A stretch of 64,000 bases of DNA from an uncultured Acidobacteriota bacterium (GCA_963782585.1 CAWAKL010000006.1:15982-79981), one strand, 5' to 3'. Shown: positions 40,070-51,495, counted from the stretch's first letter. The notes: generated by a model from the letters alone, not told the origin. Numbers and translations are program-made.

Positions 40070-41839
40070 CTATTGGGCGCGTTCGATCCGCTTCAGAAAC
40101 GCGTCGGCGTCCTCGAAGCCTACGAGGCGCAGGTCCTTCTGCTCCTGGCCCGAAGCGTCGAGGAAGATGATCGTCGGGACCCCGAGGATCCCGAAGCGCT
40201 CGGCGAGAGCGACCGTCTCGGCCGAGCCGATCTTCGTCATGTCGGCCTTGTAGAGATCGTGGCCCGCGAGCGCCTTGCGGACGCGATCGTCCGAGAAGGT
40301 CCGCTTCTCGAGCTCGAGACACGGGAGGCACCACTCCGCCGAGAAGTCGATCACTGTGGGGCGGCCCGTGCCCGCGCCCACGGCCGCGGCGCCCGCACCG
40401 GCCGGATAGGGCTGCCAGCCCGAGAGAGTGCGCGGAACGAAGAACAGCGCGATTGCGAGGAAGAGCGCGGCGACGCCGGCGCGCAGGGGCCAGCGGAGCC
40501 CGTAACCCCGCACGAGCACGGCAATCAGCCCGACGACGAGCACGATCGGCAGCAGCCACAGGCCCGCCGGGCGCGGCAGAACGCTGCGGAGGAAGTAGGC
40601 GGCCATCGCGAGCAGGATCCAGCCGAAGACTTTCTTGACCGACTCCATCCAGGCGCCGGCGCGGGGGAGACGGGAGAGGCTTCCTGAGAAGGCGCCGAGG
40701 AACAGGTAGGGCAGCCCGAGGCCGAGCGACAGGACGAAGAACAGGAGCAGGCCGAGCCCCGGATCCTGGCGCGCCGCCACGAAGGCGAGCAGCCCCACGA
40801 TGAATCCGCCGACGCAGGGCGCCGCGACGACACCGACGAACAGGCCCATGCCGAAGGCCCCGGCGGCGCCGCCTCGTGCACCGGCGCGGTTCATCAGAAA
40901 CGAGGGCATCCGGATCTCCCAGTAGCCGAACATCGAGAGGGCCATGAGGACGAGGACCCCGGCGATTCCGGTGAGCACCAGCGGGTTCTGGAGGAGCGCT
41001 CCGAAGAGCTTGCCCGAGAGCGCCGCGGCGACTCCCAGGGCGGAGTATGTCGCGGCCATGCCGAGAACGTAGAGCGCGGAAAGGCCGAAGGCCCGCGAGG
41101 TCGAGCCGCCGGCCTCGCGCGAGAAGAATCCGACGGTCAGCGGAATGACGGGGTACACGCAGGGAGTGAGGTTCAGGGCGAGCCCGCCGAGAAACACCGT
41201 CAGAAGCACGAGCAGAAGGCCCCGCTTCTCGAGCAGGGCCTGGAGGTCGTGCCCGCCCGCCGGGGCTGCTCCGCCCTGAACGCGGCGCGCTTCCGAGAGA
41301 GGCACGGCGCCTCCCGCGAGAGGAGCCGCGACATCGTCCGTGGCGGCCGTCCCGCTCGGGGCGGCGGCGCCGCCCGTGCGGAACGCCACGCTCGCCGGCG
41401 CGAGGCACTGCGTGTCGTTGCACGCCTGGTACTCCACGGCGCCCGCGAGAGAGGGCGCCGCAGCGCCCGTCCACTCGAGGGGCACTTCGATCGTGAAGTC
41501 GTGCGCGTAGACGGAGAGAGGCGTCTCGGAAAACGAGAACTTCTCCATCTTTCCTTCCGGAAAGCGGGGCTCGCCGAACTTCACGCCCGGAGCGTCGGCC
41601 AGCGTGACGGTCGTCGGGATGAGGTACTCCTCGGTGGGCTTGTGGCTGTTGACGTGCCAACCCGACGCGAGCGTCGCGCGGAGGACGAGAGTTCCCCGTC
41701 CGGCCTCGCTCGCGGGCGAGACGGAGGCGTCCACCTTGAGCAGCGTCGACGGATCGGGCGCCGCGGCCGCTGCGAAGCGGGCCGTCACGACGCCGAGAAG
41801 GAGAAGGCCGAGAGCCGCGCGCTTCACGAGGAGCCTCAC
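40070..41839 (-). CDS. dsbD: Thiol:disulfide interchange protein DsbD
   Basis: N-domain CNDTQC, TM cysteines LTPCVYP and AAPCVG, C-terminal AEWCLPC thioredoxin. Confidence 0.92.
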   Translation of the reverse strand: MRLLVKRAALGLLLLGVVTARFAAAAAPDPSTLLKVDASVSPASEAGRGTLVLRATLASGWHVNSHKPTEEYLIPTTVTLADAPGVKFGEPRFPEGKMEKFSFSETPLSVYAHDFTIEVPLEWTGAAAPSLAGAVEYQACNDTQCLAPASVAFRTGGAAAPSGTAATDDVAAPLAGGAVPLSEARRVQGGAAPAGGHDLQALLEKRGLLLVLLTVFLGGLALNLTPCVYPVIPLTVGFFSREAGGSTSRAFGLSALYVLGMAATYSALGVAAALSGKLFGALLQNPLVLTGIAGVLVLMALSMFGYWEIRMPSFLMNRAGARGGAAGAFGMGLFVGVVAAPCVGGFIVGLLAFVAARQDPGLGLLLFFVLSLGLGLPYLFLGAFSGSLSRLPRAGAWMESVKKVFGWILLAMAAYFLRSVLPRPAGLWLLPIVLVVGLIAVLVRGYGLRWPLRAGVAALFLAIALFFVPRTLSGWQPYPAGAGAAAVGAGTGRPTVIDFSAEWCLPCLELEKRTFSDDRVRKALAGHDLYKADMTKIGSAETVALAERFGILGVPTIIFLDASGQEQKDLRLVGFEDADAFLKRIERAQ

Positions 41840-42768
41840 GGGGCCGGCGAGAGCCGGGCGATGAAGGACTGCACACGCTCGAGGTACTTCGAGTCCGGAT
41901 GGTCTTTCGCGAACTGCTTGTAGAGGGCGAGGGCTTCCTCGGGCCGGTTCTGCGAGAGCGGGATCTGGGCGCGGAAGAGCTCGGCGCGCTCCTTCTGGTC
42001 CGGGTTCTTCGTCGTGGCGATGAGCTGGTCGATCGACTTACGCGACGCGACGGGATCTCCGAGCTCGAGCTCGACCGCGGCGAGGGTTTCGAGCGCGGCC
42101 TCGCGAACGCCCGCGCCGGGGTTCGGCGCGACGGACGCGCGTTTCAGCCGCGGCAGCGCGGCCTTCGGGTCCTTGCGGGCATAGAGTTCGCGGCCGGTCG
42201 AGAGCGCCTCGTTCGCCGAGATCGTGGCGATGTCCTGCGCATTGACCTTCTTCGCGAACTGCCGGTAGACGTCGAGGTCCTTGTGTGCGTGACGATAGAA
42301 GTCCTGGGCGTCCTTGAATCCCTCCATGAGGAAGACGAGGCGACCCTCCGGAGTCGTGATCAGGATCGCGGGCGAGCGCGCGACGCCGTAGAGCTCCTGC
42401 AGCGGTTTGGCGTCCGGAAAGTCGTAGCGCACCTTGACGGGCACCATCCCGATGAGAAGCGCCTCGAAGTCGAAGGCCGGGTAGAGCAGGCTCTGCATGC
42501 GATGGCAGTCGCTGCAGTTCGGGCTGTCGAACTCGTAGAAGACGAGCTTGTTTTCGGCGGTCGCGCGTGTCCGTGCCTCCTCGATGGTCTGCGCCCAATC
42601 GGCGTTGCCGGGGCTCTTGACCGGACGGTTCTGGTCGGGGTTGGCATTCGGGGGTGGCGCGTGGTGATGGGCGTCCTGGGCGGCGGACGGGGCCGCGACG
42701 AACAGGCCGGCCAGGGCGGCGAAAAGGGCCGCGGCCACACCGCGGGCACTCCGGATTCTTGGATACAT
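41836..42768 (-). CDS. Exported thioredoxin-like protein with TPR C-terminus
   Basis: Signal peptide, W..TIEEA...NKLVFYEFDSPNCSDC, SPAILI and a TPR-like tail; overlaps the dsbD start. Confidence 0.8.
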   Translation of the reverse strand: MYPRIRSARGVAAALFAALAGLFVAAPSAAQDAHHHAPPPNANPDQNRPVKSPGNADWAQTIEEARTRATAENKLVFYEFDSPNCSDCHRMQSLLYPAFDFEALLIGMVPVKVRYDFPDAKPLQELYGVARSPAILITTPEGRLVFLMEGFKDAQDFYRHAHKDLDVYRQFAKKVNAQDIATISANEALSTGRELYARKDPKAALPRLKRASVAPNPGAGVREAALETLAAVELELGDPVASRKSIDQLIATTKNPDQKERAELFRAQIPLSQNRPEEALALYKQFAKDHPDSKYLERVQSFIARLSPAP

Positions 42769-42838
42769 CTGGCCAGCAAACCTCAATGGCCGCTGTGGAA
42801 TTCCCGAATGGCGGGCGCAGGCCCTATGATCTCGCACG

Positions 42839-44593
42839 ATGACGAATCAACGAAAGCACGGCCAGCGCCTCGGCGCAATGCTCATCATCGCGATGGCGCC
42901 GCTGGCCGTCGCGCCGCGGCCCGCCGCGGCCTCGGAATGGCTGCAGTGGGGCCGGACGCCCCAGCACCGCGGCGTCTCTCCCGTTCAGGGACAGCGGCCC
43001 GAGCGGATCCTCGATTCCCTCGTCTATGACCCCTTCGTCCCGCAGATGCGAGCGGACAGCGGGTTCGACGCGCTGCTCGCGCACTACTCCGTTCCCCTGA
43101 TCTCCGGAGGCGCGGTCTACATGGTCTTCAAATCCGGCGCCCACACGGGCCTCGGAAACTACGACTCGATCGACTGGAGCGTAAAGAAGCTCGAGTGGAT
43201 CAACGGGCATCTCCAGGCCGTCTGGACCTTCGAGACCGACTGGAAGCCCGTGCCGCTCGCGTTGGCGGGATGGGAATCCGTCCTGCTTCCGGCCATCTCG
43301 GGGCACGACGTCTACGTGCCCGGCCTCGGCGGCACGATCCATCGTGTGGCCACCGAGACCGGAATCTCGGAAGGGCGAGTCAATCCCTTCAACGATGTTG
43401 ACCCGAGCCGCTACGTGGCCGGCGGTGTCGCCGCGGCGCCGGACGGCAGCGTCGTCTACAACGTGATCGATCTTCCGGCCAACGTCGAGGGCGACGCCGA
43501 AGGCGCCTGGCTCGTCAAGGTCGGGCATGAGAGCGACGAGCCGGAGCGCGTGAGTTTCTCGGCACTCGTGCCCGGCGCGCCGGCGGCGTCGGCCCTGTGT
43601 CAGCAGCAGTTCTCCACCGACGAGCGTCCGTGGCCGCCCACGCCGACCGCCGTGCCGCCCTCGGCGCCGTGCGGCTCGCAGCGACCCGGAATCAACGTCG
43701 TCCCCGCGATCGCGGAAGACGGAACCATCTACACCGTCAGCCGGGCGCATCACTCGGACCGCTACGGCTATCTCGTGGCCGTGAATTCCGACCTGACGCC
43801 CCGGTGGGCGGAGTCGTTCCGCGGGATCCTGAACGACGGTTGCGGCGTCCTGATCCGGATCGACGACACCAACCGCGGCTGCCGCACGGGGGCGACGGTC
43901 GGAGTCGATCCCGCGACGAACGATCAGCCCGCGGGCCGCGTCCGCGACGCCGGGACCTCCTCGCCGGTGGTCCTCTCCGACGGCAACGTGCTCATCGGGA
44001 CGTCGACGGGCTACAACTTCAGCCGCGGCCACCTCTTCAAGTTCAGCGCGCAAGGCGACGTTCTCGCGACCTACGACTTCGGCTGGGATCTCACGCCCGC
44101 CGTTTTCGAGCACGACGGCACGTACTCGATCCTCATCAAGGACAATCACTACAACAGCCCGGACGGCATCCCCTCCTACAACGTGACCTCCCTCGACGCC
44201 AACCTCGTGCCGGAGTGGACGTTCCTCGCGACGAACACCGAGAGCTGCGTGCGCCAGCCGGCCGGTCCGATCGTGTGTGTCGATGACCATCCCAACGGGT
44301 TCGAGTGGTGCGTCAACCAGCCGGCCCTCGACGCCGACGGCACGGCGTACCTCAACGGCGAGGACGGCGTGCTCTACGCGTTCGACCGCGCGGGGAACGT
44401 CGTCGGAGAGATCTTCCTCGACACCGCCCTCGGTGCGGCCTATACGCCGCTCTCGCTCGGGCCCGACGGCATCATCTACACGCAGAACAACGGCGTCCTC
44501 TTCGCGATCGGCCAGATCGAGCGCGCTCCGCGCGGAGAGCCGGTCACACAACCGGTGGAAGAGCGTGCCCCGAGGGTCCTGGCCCGGGATTAG
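42839..44593 (+). CDS. Secreted beta-propeller-like protein
   Basis: Signal peptide, EWLQWGRTPQHRG, repeated PA.A.DGT.Y motifs (PQQ-like) and several Cys. Confidence 0.8.
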   Translation: MTNQRKHGQRLGAMLIIAMAPLAVAPRPAAASEWLQWGRTPQHRGVSPVQGQRPERILDSLVYDPFVPQMRADSGFDALLAHYSVPLISGGAVYMVFKSGAHTGLGNYDSIDWSVKKLEWINGHLQAVWTFETDWKPVPLALAGWESVLLPAISGHDVYVPGLGGTIHRVATETGISEGRVNPFNDVDPSRYVAGGVAAAPDGSVVYNVIDLPANVEGDAEGAWLVKVGHESDEPERVSFSALVPGAPAASALCQQQFSTDERPWPPTPTAVPPSAPCGSQRPGINVVPAIAEDGTIYTVSRAHHSDRYGYLVAVNSDLTPRWAESFRGILNDGCGVLIRIDDTNRGCRTGATVGVDPATNDQPAGRVRDAGTSSPVVLSDGNVLIGTSTGYNFSRGHLFKFSAQGDVLATYDFGWDLTPAVFEHDGTYSILIKDNHYNSPDGIPSYNVTSLDANLVPEWTFLATNTESCVRQPAGPIVCVDDHPNGFEWCVNQPALDADGTAYLNGEDGVLYAFDRAGNVVGEIFLDTALGAAYTPLSLGPDGIIYTQNNGVLFAIGQIERAPRGEPVTQPVEERAPRVLARD

Positions 44594-44605
44594 GCGGGGT
44601 CCGCG

Positions 44606-44634
44606 TTGCCCCGCGAGCGCCGATCCGCTAGACT
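44606..44634 (+). promoter_or_regulatory. Sigma70-type promoter of tRNA-Phe/def
   Basis: TTGCCC-N17-TAGACT. Confidence 0.6.
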
Positions 44635-44673
44635 CCGCCCTCGGTTTCCGGTGCCGGTTCACGCTTCAAGGAT

Positions 44674-44749
44674 GCCCAGGTAGCTCAGTTGGTAGAGCAA
44701 GGGACTGAAAATCCCTGTGTCGGCGGTTCAATTCCGTCCCTGGGCACCA
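44674..44749 (+). tRNA. tRNA-Phe (GAA)
   Basis: GCCCAGG/CCTGGGC acceptor, AGGGA-CTGAAAA-TCCCT and CCA end; 76 nt. Confidence 0.97.
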
Positions 44750-44770
44750 TCTTCCACTGAGAGCCCACCG

Positions 44771-45286
44771 ATGATCCTCAAAGTCGCGAAGCTCGGCGTT
44801 AAGACGCTGCGCCAGGTCTCCCGGGACGTGGACCCGAAGGCGCTCTCCCGCGGCGACTACGAGCCGTTCATGTCGGATCTCGAAGACACGATGCGCGAGT
44901 ACGACGGGACGGGCATCGCGGCGCCCCAGGTCTTCACGCCCCTGCGCGCGTTCCTCTACGAAGTCCATCCCGAGACGCGCAAGCGCAAGGAGCCGGACGT
45001 GCCGTTGACCGCGCTCTTCAATGCGACCTACGAGGCTGTCGGAGACGAGATGGAGGAGGACTCGGAGGGCTGCCTCTCGGTGCCTTTCCTCTGGGGCGGC
45101 GTCGTGCCGCGGTTCTCGACGATCCGCGTCCAGGCCCTCGACCGCAGCGGAAAGAAGACCTCCTTCGAGGCGTCGGGGTATCACGCCCGGGTGCTCCAGC
45201 ACGAGATCGACCACCTGAACGGGCTCGTCTACCTCGACCGCATGCCCGATATGAAGAGCCTCGCCTACACGGTCAAGTTCGGCTAG
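44771..45286 (+). CDS. def: Peptide deformylase
   Basis: [13 protein letters not shown] and QHEIDHL motifs. Confidence 0.95.
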   Translation: MILKVAKLGVKTLRQVSRDVDPKALSRGDYEPFMSDLEDTMREYDGTGIAAPQVFTPLRAFLYEVHPETRKRKEPDVPLTALFNATYEAVGDEMEEDSEGCLSVPFLWGGVVPRFSTIRVQALDRSGKKTSFEASGYHARVLQHEIDHLNGLVYLDRMPDMKSLAYTVKFG

Positions 45287-45307
45287 CGGATATAGAATCC
45301 CGGGCCG

Positions 45308-45856
<549 letters not shown>

Positions 45857-45860
<4 letters not shown>

Positions 45861-47602
45861 CCGAAGCGGGCGTCGTCGAGGCCGCGGTTCTCTCGCCGCC
45901 GGCCGAGAAGCTGCGCGAGCGCATCGAGGCTTCGCCGGTCGCCGCACGGACCCGCGTCGTCGATCTCGACCTGCCCACGATCGAAGTCGGGCCGACGGAC
46001 TGGCTCGCGTTGGCGAGCTACCTGCGCGACGACGCGGGCTGTCAGTACGACCTCTTTCTGGATCTCTGCGGCGTCGACAACCTGAGACGACGGGGTGTGA
46101 AGAAGGCCAGCCGCTTCGAGGCGGTCGTCCACCTTCACTCGCTCTCCCGAAACGAGCACGTGCGTGTCCGGGTGGTCCTCCCCGACGACGCGAAGCCCTC
46201 GCTGCCGAGCGTCGACGGCGTCTGGCCGGCGGCGAACTGGTTCGAACGTGAGGCCTACGACCTCTACGGCTTCGACTTCCCGGGCCATCCCAACCTGCAC
46301 CGCATCCTCTGCCACGACGCATTCGTCGGGCACGCGCTCCGGAAGGACTATGCGCCGGGCCAGCGCTGGTTCTTCGCGGAGGAAGACCTGCGGTTCCCGG
46401 AGTGGGCGAAGGAGACCGACGTCAGGGCCGGGCACTTCGAGACGCAGACGATCTCGATCGGCCCGTCCCATCCCGCGACGCACGGCATCATCCACCTGGT
46501 CGCCCGTCTCGACGGCGAAAGGATCGTCCGGGCCGAGACGATGATCGGCTACCTCCACCGGTGCTTCGAGAAGATGGCCGAGAAGCACCACTGGAACCAG
46601 ATCATCCCCTACACCGACCGGCTCAACTACGTCTCGGCCATGATCAACGGGGTCGGTTACGTCCGGACGGTCGAGAAGATGCTCGGGATCGAGATCCCGG
46701 ACCGCGGACGGCTCGTGCGCACGATCCTCTCCGAGTTCTCGCGGATCATGGACCACTGCGTCTGCATCGGCGCGAACCTGGTCGACATCGGCGCCCTGAC
46801 CAACTTCACGTACCTCTACCAGAACCGCGAGTTCATCTACGACCTCCTCGAGGCCTGCTGCGGCGCGCGTCTGACGGTGTCGTACGTTCGCGTCGGCGGC
46901 CTCGCGGTCGACGTCCCGGATGACTTCGTGCTGCGCTGCCGGAAGCTCCTCGACACGATTCCGGAGTTTCTCGACGACGTCGAGAAGCTCGTCAACAACA
47001 ACCGGATCGTGCGCAACCGGCTCTCCGGGACGGGGATCATCAGCCGCGAGCAGGCCATCGCCTGGGGCCTGACGGGACCGATGCTCCGCGCCTCGGGCGT
47101 CGCCTACGACGTCCGCCGGGCGCGGCCCTACGACTTCTACGACAAGTTCGACTGGGACATCCCGATCGCCCAGGACGGCGACAACTTCGCGCGGTACCTC
47201 GTGCGGATGGAGGAGATGAGGCAGTCCCTCAAGATCATCCGCCAGGCCCTGGAAATCCTTCCGCCGAAGGGTCCCGTGAACTCCGACGACTGGCACGTCG
47301 TGCTGCCGCCGAAGGACGCCGTCTACCACGACATGGAGTCGCTCATCTATCACTTCAAGCTCGTGATGGAAGGCATCCGCGTTCCCGCGGGGGAGCGCTA
47401 CGAGTGGATCGAAGGCGGAACCGGCGAGCTCGGCTTCTACGCGATCTCGGACGGACGCGGCGGGCCGTACCGCCTGAAGGTCCGGCCGCCGTGCTTCCCG
47501 AACCTGGCGGCCTTCGAGAAAATGATCGTCGGCGGCAGGGTTTCCGACGCCGTGGCGACCCTGGGGACCCTCAACGTCATCGCGGGGGAGCTCGACCGAT
47601 GA
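45857..47602 (+). CDS. nuoCD: NADH-quinone oxidoreductase fused subunit C/D
   Basis: [44 protein letters not shown] and GELDR motifs; TTGA overlap. Confidence 0.93.
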
Positions 47603-48294
47603 GCGGCGTCGTCGACGTTTCCCGGAAGTACCCGGAGAAGCTGACGTTTCTCCAGCGGCTCTACATCCCGGAGATCCTGCGCGGCATGTCCGTCACGATC
47701 CGCCATCTCGTGCGGAATCTCGCGAACATGAAGCGGATGCCGACGATCCTCTACCCCGAGGTCAAGCGCAACTATTCCGGGCGGTTCCGCGGCAAGCACA
47801 TCCTCAAGGCGCGCGAAGACGGCACGCTCAAGTGCGTGGCCTGCTACATGTGCCAGCAGGCGTGCCCGGCCGAGTGCATCACGATCGTCGCGGGCGAGCA
47901 CCCGAAGATCGCGTACGAGAAGTACCCGGTCGTATTCGACATCGACATGATGCGCTGCGTCTTCTGCGGGTTCTGCGTCGACGCGTGCCCGAAGGACGCC
48001 ATCTGGATGACCCGCAACTACGAGATGGCCTTCTTCACGCGCGAGGACGCCGTCTATTCGATCGACCGGCTGAAAGAGACACCCGAGGAGATCGCGAAGC
48101 ACGGCTACGGCTACCGTCCGTACTACCCGGGAGACGGCACGACGCCTCCCACCGACGCGTCGCGGCTTCCGGTCCTGCCGGGCTCGGGCGAGCGCGACCG
48201 GCTGCGCGAGGGCGCGGTCCCGCTGCCCGACCGCGACGCGGGCCCGGGCCCCCTGAACGCACCGAGCCAGGCGGAAAGACCGTTCCCCGCCTGA
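47599..48294 (+). CDS. nuoI: NADH-quinone oxidoreductase subunit I
   Basis: [21 protein letters not shown] and [12 protein letters not shown] motifs. Confidence 0.93.
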   Translation: MSGVVDVSRKYPEKLTFLQRLYIPEILRGMSVTIRHLVRNLANMKRMPTILYPEVKRNYSGRFRGKHILKAREDGTLKCVACYMCQQACPAECITIVAGEHPKIAYEKYPVVFDIDMMRCVFCGFCVDACPKDAIWMTRNYEMAFFTREDAVYSIDRLKETPEEIAKHGYGYRPYYPGDGTTPPTDASRLPVLPGSGERDRLREGAVPLPDRDAGPGPLNAPSQAERPFPA

Positions 48295-49055
48295 GAATCT
48301 CCTCCCTCCGTCTTCCGGGTCTCCTGCGGGGCAGCGGCGCGAAGAGCGTCGCCGCGCTGACCGGGCTCGACGAAGCGGGCTGGCGCGCGCTCGCCGGGGC
48401 CTACCCTGAGCTCCCCGAGAACCCCGGTCCCGCCGCCGCCCGGCAGCGGGCGAGGCTCGTCCGAATGGCCTCGCGGGCGCTGGCCACGGGGAAGTGGGAT
48501 CTGCGTCTCGAGGGCGACCCGCCGGACGCGAGGCCCTGTGTCTACGTCACGGCCCACATCGGCGCGATGCAGGCCCTCCGCTATGCGCTGCGCGCCCGCG
48601 GCGTTCCCGCCGCGACGGTTCTGGGCCCGCACAACCTCGACCGGCGCGAGGCTATCCCGCAGGATGAAGTCTTCGACCGCCGCTACGCTCTCGACTTTCC
48701 GCACGCGCTGCCGTCCTCGGCCACCCATCGGCTTCGCAGCGCCCTCAAACGCGGGAGCCTCGTCGCCGCGGGCGATTTGCCCGAGCGCGGCGGAGTGCCG
48801 GCGCGCGTCCTCGGAGGGCCGGCGCTCCTGGACCCCCGTCCGTTCCGGCTGGCCCGCGTCGCCGGCGCCGCCTGCCGTCCCGCCTTCGCGACGTTTCCCG
48901 GCGGACGCTGGACGCTGACGCTCGGGCCGGCGCTCGCGGGCGACGAATCGGCCTGTGCCGAAGCCTACGGCCGGGTGTTCGCCCGCGTCGCTGCGGCGGC
49001 GCCGCTCGACATCGACGGCATGGTGTACGCGTATCGCTGCGGTCTGACTCGATGA
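48291..49055 (+). CDS. Divergent LpxL/HtrB-like (LPLAT) acyltransferase
   Basis: VYVTAHIG, RSALKRG..AAGD, VPARVLGGPALL..PFRLAR. Start inferred as CTG overlapping the nuoI stop; ATG 48465 is the alternative. Confidence 0.7.
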   Translation: MRISSLRLPGLLRGSGAKSVAALTGLDEAGWRALAGAYPELPENPGPAAARQRARLVRMASRALATGKWDLRLEGDPPDARPCVYVTAHIGAMQALRYALRARGVPAATVLGPHNLDRREAIPQDEVFDRRYALDFPHALPSSATHRLRSALKRGSLVAAGDLPERGGVPARVLGGPALLDPRPFRLARVAGAACRPAFATFPGGRWTLTLGPALAGDESACAEAYGRVFARVAAAAPLDIDGMVYAYRCGLTR

Positions 49056-50368
49056 GCCTCATCGAGCACCTGCGTTCGGTGGCCCGACGCGCGCCGGGGG
49101 CGAGGGCGCTCTCCTCCGGCGAGCGTTCGCTGACTTACGACGAGCTCATCGAGACGATCGAGCGGCGCGCGGAGATTCTCGGCCCGGGTTCCCGGGCGAA
49201 ATGCGTTCCGCTGGACGGCCGGGACGCCGTCGGGTTTCTCGTCGATCTCTTTGCGGCCGGCCTCTGCGGCCGGGCCGGAGTGGCCCACTCGCCCTCGATA
49301 CCGGCTTCGGTGCGGGCTCTTCGCGAGGCAAGCCTCGAACGCGTGCCGCCGCCTCCAGGCTCGACGGTCTTCTATTCCTCGGGCAGCGTCGGTCCGGCCC
49401 GGGCCGTGCCGCTCTCGGAAGCGAACCTGGAGTCCGCCGCGCTCGCCTTCGAGCCGTGGGGGGAGCTCACGTCCGAGGACCGGCTGGCGATCGGGCTGTC
49501 CCCGGCCCAGATCTTCGCCTGCGTGCGCGGAGCGCTGAACGCTCTGTTCGTCGGCGCTGAGGCCTTCTTCTTCGCGACGCATCGGGACCCTCTGCGGGAC
49601 GCCGAGAATCTCGGCGCGACCAAAGTCCTGCTTCCCAGCGCGCTCGTCCGGCTGGCCGCGCGCCACGCCTCCCGCACGAACCTGCGGGCTCTCGTCTGCG
49701 GAGGCGGCGCGCTCGACCCGGAAGCGGCCGAGGCCGTCGAGAGACAGCGCGGCGTGCCTGTGCGGGCGGGGTACGGGATGACGGAGTCGGCGGGCCTCGC
49801 CTCCCGGCAGCCGCTGAGCCGTCCGCGGCGCGCGGGGTCCGTCGGGGTTCCGGCGCCGGGCCTCGCGGTGGTGATTGCGTCCGAAGACGGAAGCCCGGTC
49901 GCGCCGGGGGAATCCGGAGAGATCCGGCTCTCGGGTCCGGCCGTGTTCTCCGGGTACCTATCTTCCGAGGACGGCTCGCCGTTCGACGCCGCCGGGAGGC
50001 TTCGGACGGGAGACGTCGGATTCCTCGACGAGGCGGGGGAGCTTCACGTGCGCGGGCGCCTGGCCTTTGCGCTCACGGCCGGCGATCGCATCCTCTGCGT
50101 CGAGGAGGTCGAGGCCGCGCTCGCCGAACACCCGGACGTGTTCGAGGCCGCGGCGGCGCCGCTCGAGCGCGATTTCGGCGTCCTCGTCGTTTCCCGCGAT
50201 GGCCGGCTCGCGGTCGACGAGCTCCGCGCCTACGCCGAGAAGCGCCTCCCGGCTTTCGCCCGCCCCCGGCGGATCCTGGCCGTCCCGGCGCTCCCGCGCA
50301 CGCCCGCGGGCAAGATCGACCGCGCTGCCGCTTCCCGATGGCTGACGGACTCCTCGGGCGCCGCGTGA
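49052..50368 (+). CDS. Class I adenylate-forming enzyme (AMP-binding)
   Basis: YSSGSVG, GYGMTES, RTGDVG and PRTPAGKIDR motifs. Confidence 0.9.
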   Translation: MSLIEHLRSVARRAPGARALSSGERSLTYDELIETIERRAEILGPGSRAKCVPLDGRDAVGFLVDLFAAGLCGRAGVAHSPSIPASVRALREASLERVPPPPGSTVFYSSGSVGPARAVPLSEANLESAALAFEPWGELTSEDRLAIGLSPAQIFACVRGALNALFVGAEAFFFATHRDPLRDAENLGATKVLLPSALVRLAARHASRTNLRALVCGGGALDPEAAEAVERQRGVPVRAGYGMTESAGLASRQPLSRPRRAGSVGVPAPGLAVVIASEDGSPVAPGESGEIRLSGPAVFSGYLSSEDGSPFDAAGRLRTGDVGFLDEAGELHVRGRLAFALTAGDRILCVEEVEAALAEHPDVFEAAAAPLERDFGVLVVSRDGRLAVDELRAYAEKRLPAFARPRRILAVPALPRTPAGKIDRAAASRWLTDSSGAA

Positions 50369-51495
50369 CGGCCGCTGCAGGGGGAGCCGGGCGAGCGGCG
50401 CGGGCCGCGCGCGGCCGCGCGACGCCGTTCTACCTCTTCGACCGGGACGTCGCGCGGAGAAACCTGCGCCGCCTGCGCGAGGCGGCGGGTCCGGACGCCG
50501 AGCTCTTCTATCCGTGGAAGTGCAATCGTCATCCGGAGCTTCGAAATCTCGCGGAGCAGGCCGGATTCGGCGCGGAAGTATCGGCCGCGGACGACCTCGT
50601 GGTCTCCCTGCGTTCGCACGGCTCCCGCGTTCTCTACCAGGGCCCGGTGAAGCCGGAACGCTGCATTGACCTCGCCCTCGCGGCCGGCGCGTGGCTCGTC
50701 GCCGATTCCGCGGAGGATGCCGGGGCGATTCTCGAGCGGGCGCACGCTCGGCGGATCGTCCCGCGCTACCTCCTCCGGTTCCGTCCAGGCGCGGCGCAGC
50801 CGACGCAGAGGGCGTTCGGGCTCACGCCGTCCCGCGTGCGGGGCTTCTGCGCCCGGCTCGCGCGCGAAGGTCGGCCTCTGCCCTCCGGTCTCGCTTTTCA
50901 CCTGGGAACGCGGCTGTTCTCGCCCGCGCCCTACGTCTCAGCCGTGCGCGAAGCCGGACGGCTTGCCGCGAGTCTGCGGCCCTACGGGGTCCGGGTCGAA
51001 GTCCTCGACGTCGGAGGTGGCTTTCCCGCCGGAACGCCGTGCGCGCACCTGCGTGCCATCCGGGGTGCGGTGCGCAGCGCCGGACTCGGAGCCGCCACGC
51101 TCTTCCTCGAGCCGGGCCGCGCCGTCGCGTCCGATGCCTTTCATCTCGTGACGCGTGTCGTGCGGGTCACCGGCCGGAGGGTCTACGTGGACGCGTCGCG
51201 GATGTCCCACGCCTTTTTCGCCGCATGGGCCCCCCACGACTTCCACCCCGTGCCGAGGCGCCCGGGCCGCGGCACCGTGGAAATCGCCGGACCGCTTCCG
51301 GTGGGCATCGACCGCTTCTCGAATGCGGAAGAGATCGGCCGGCCGCGCGAGGGCGATCTGCTCGTGATCGGCTCGGTCGGCGCCTACAACCTGAACGTGG
51401 CCAACACCTGGGCCGGCCGGTTGCCGGAAGTCGTGGCGATCGGCGTCAGTGCGTCGCGGGGTGCCCGTCGGTCCGGTGGACGGACTCGACGGTAA
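50365..51495 (+). CDS. Group IV PLP decarboxylase (diaminopimelate decarboxylase-like, divergent)
   Basis: TPFYLFD, YPWKCN (PLP Lys), FHLGT, LDVGGGF, EPGRAVA and GAY motifs; GTGA overlap. Confidence 0.85.
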   Translation: MTAAAGGAGRAARAARGRATPFYLFDRDVARRNLRRLREAAGPDAELFYPWKCNRHPELRNLAEQAGFGAEVSAADDLVVSLRSHGSRVLYQGPVKPERCIDLALAAGAWLVADSAEDAGAILERAHARRIVPRYLLRFRPGAAQPTQRAFGLTPSRVRGFCARLAREGRPLPSGLAFHLGTRLFSPAPYVSAVREAGRLAASLRPYGVRVEVLDVGGGFPAGTPCAHLRAIRGAVRSAGLGAATLFLEPGRAVASDAFHLVTRVVRVTGRRVYVDASRMSHAFFAAWAPHDFHPVPRRPGRGTVEIAGPLPVGIDRFSNAEEIGRPREGDLLVIGSVGAYNLNVANTWAGRLPEVVAIGVSASRGARRSGGRTRR

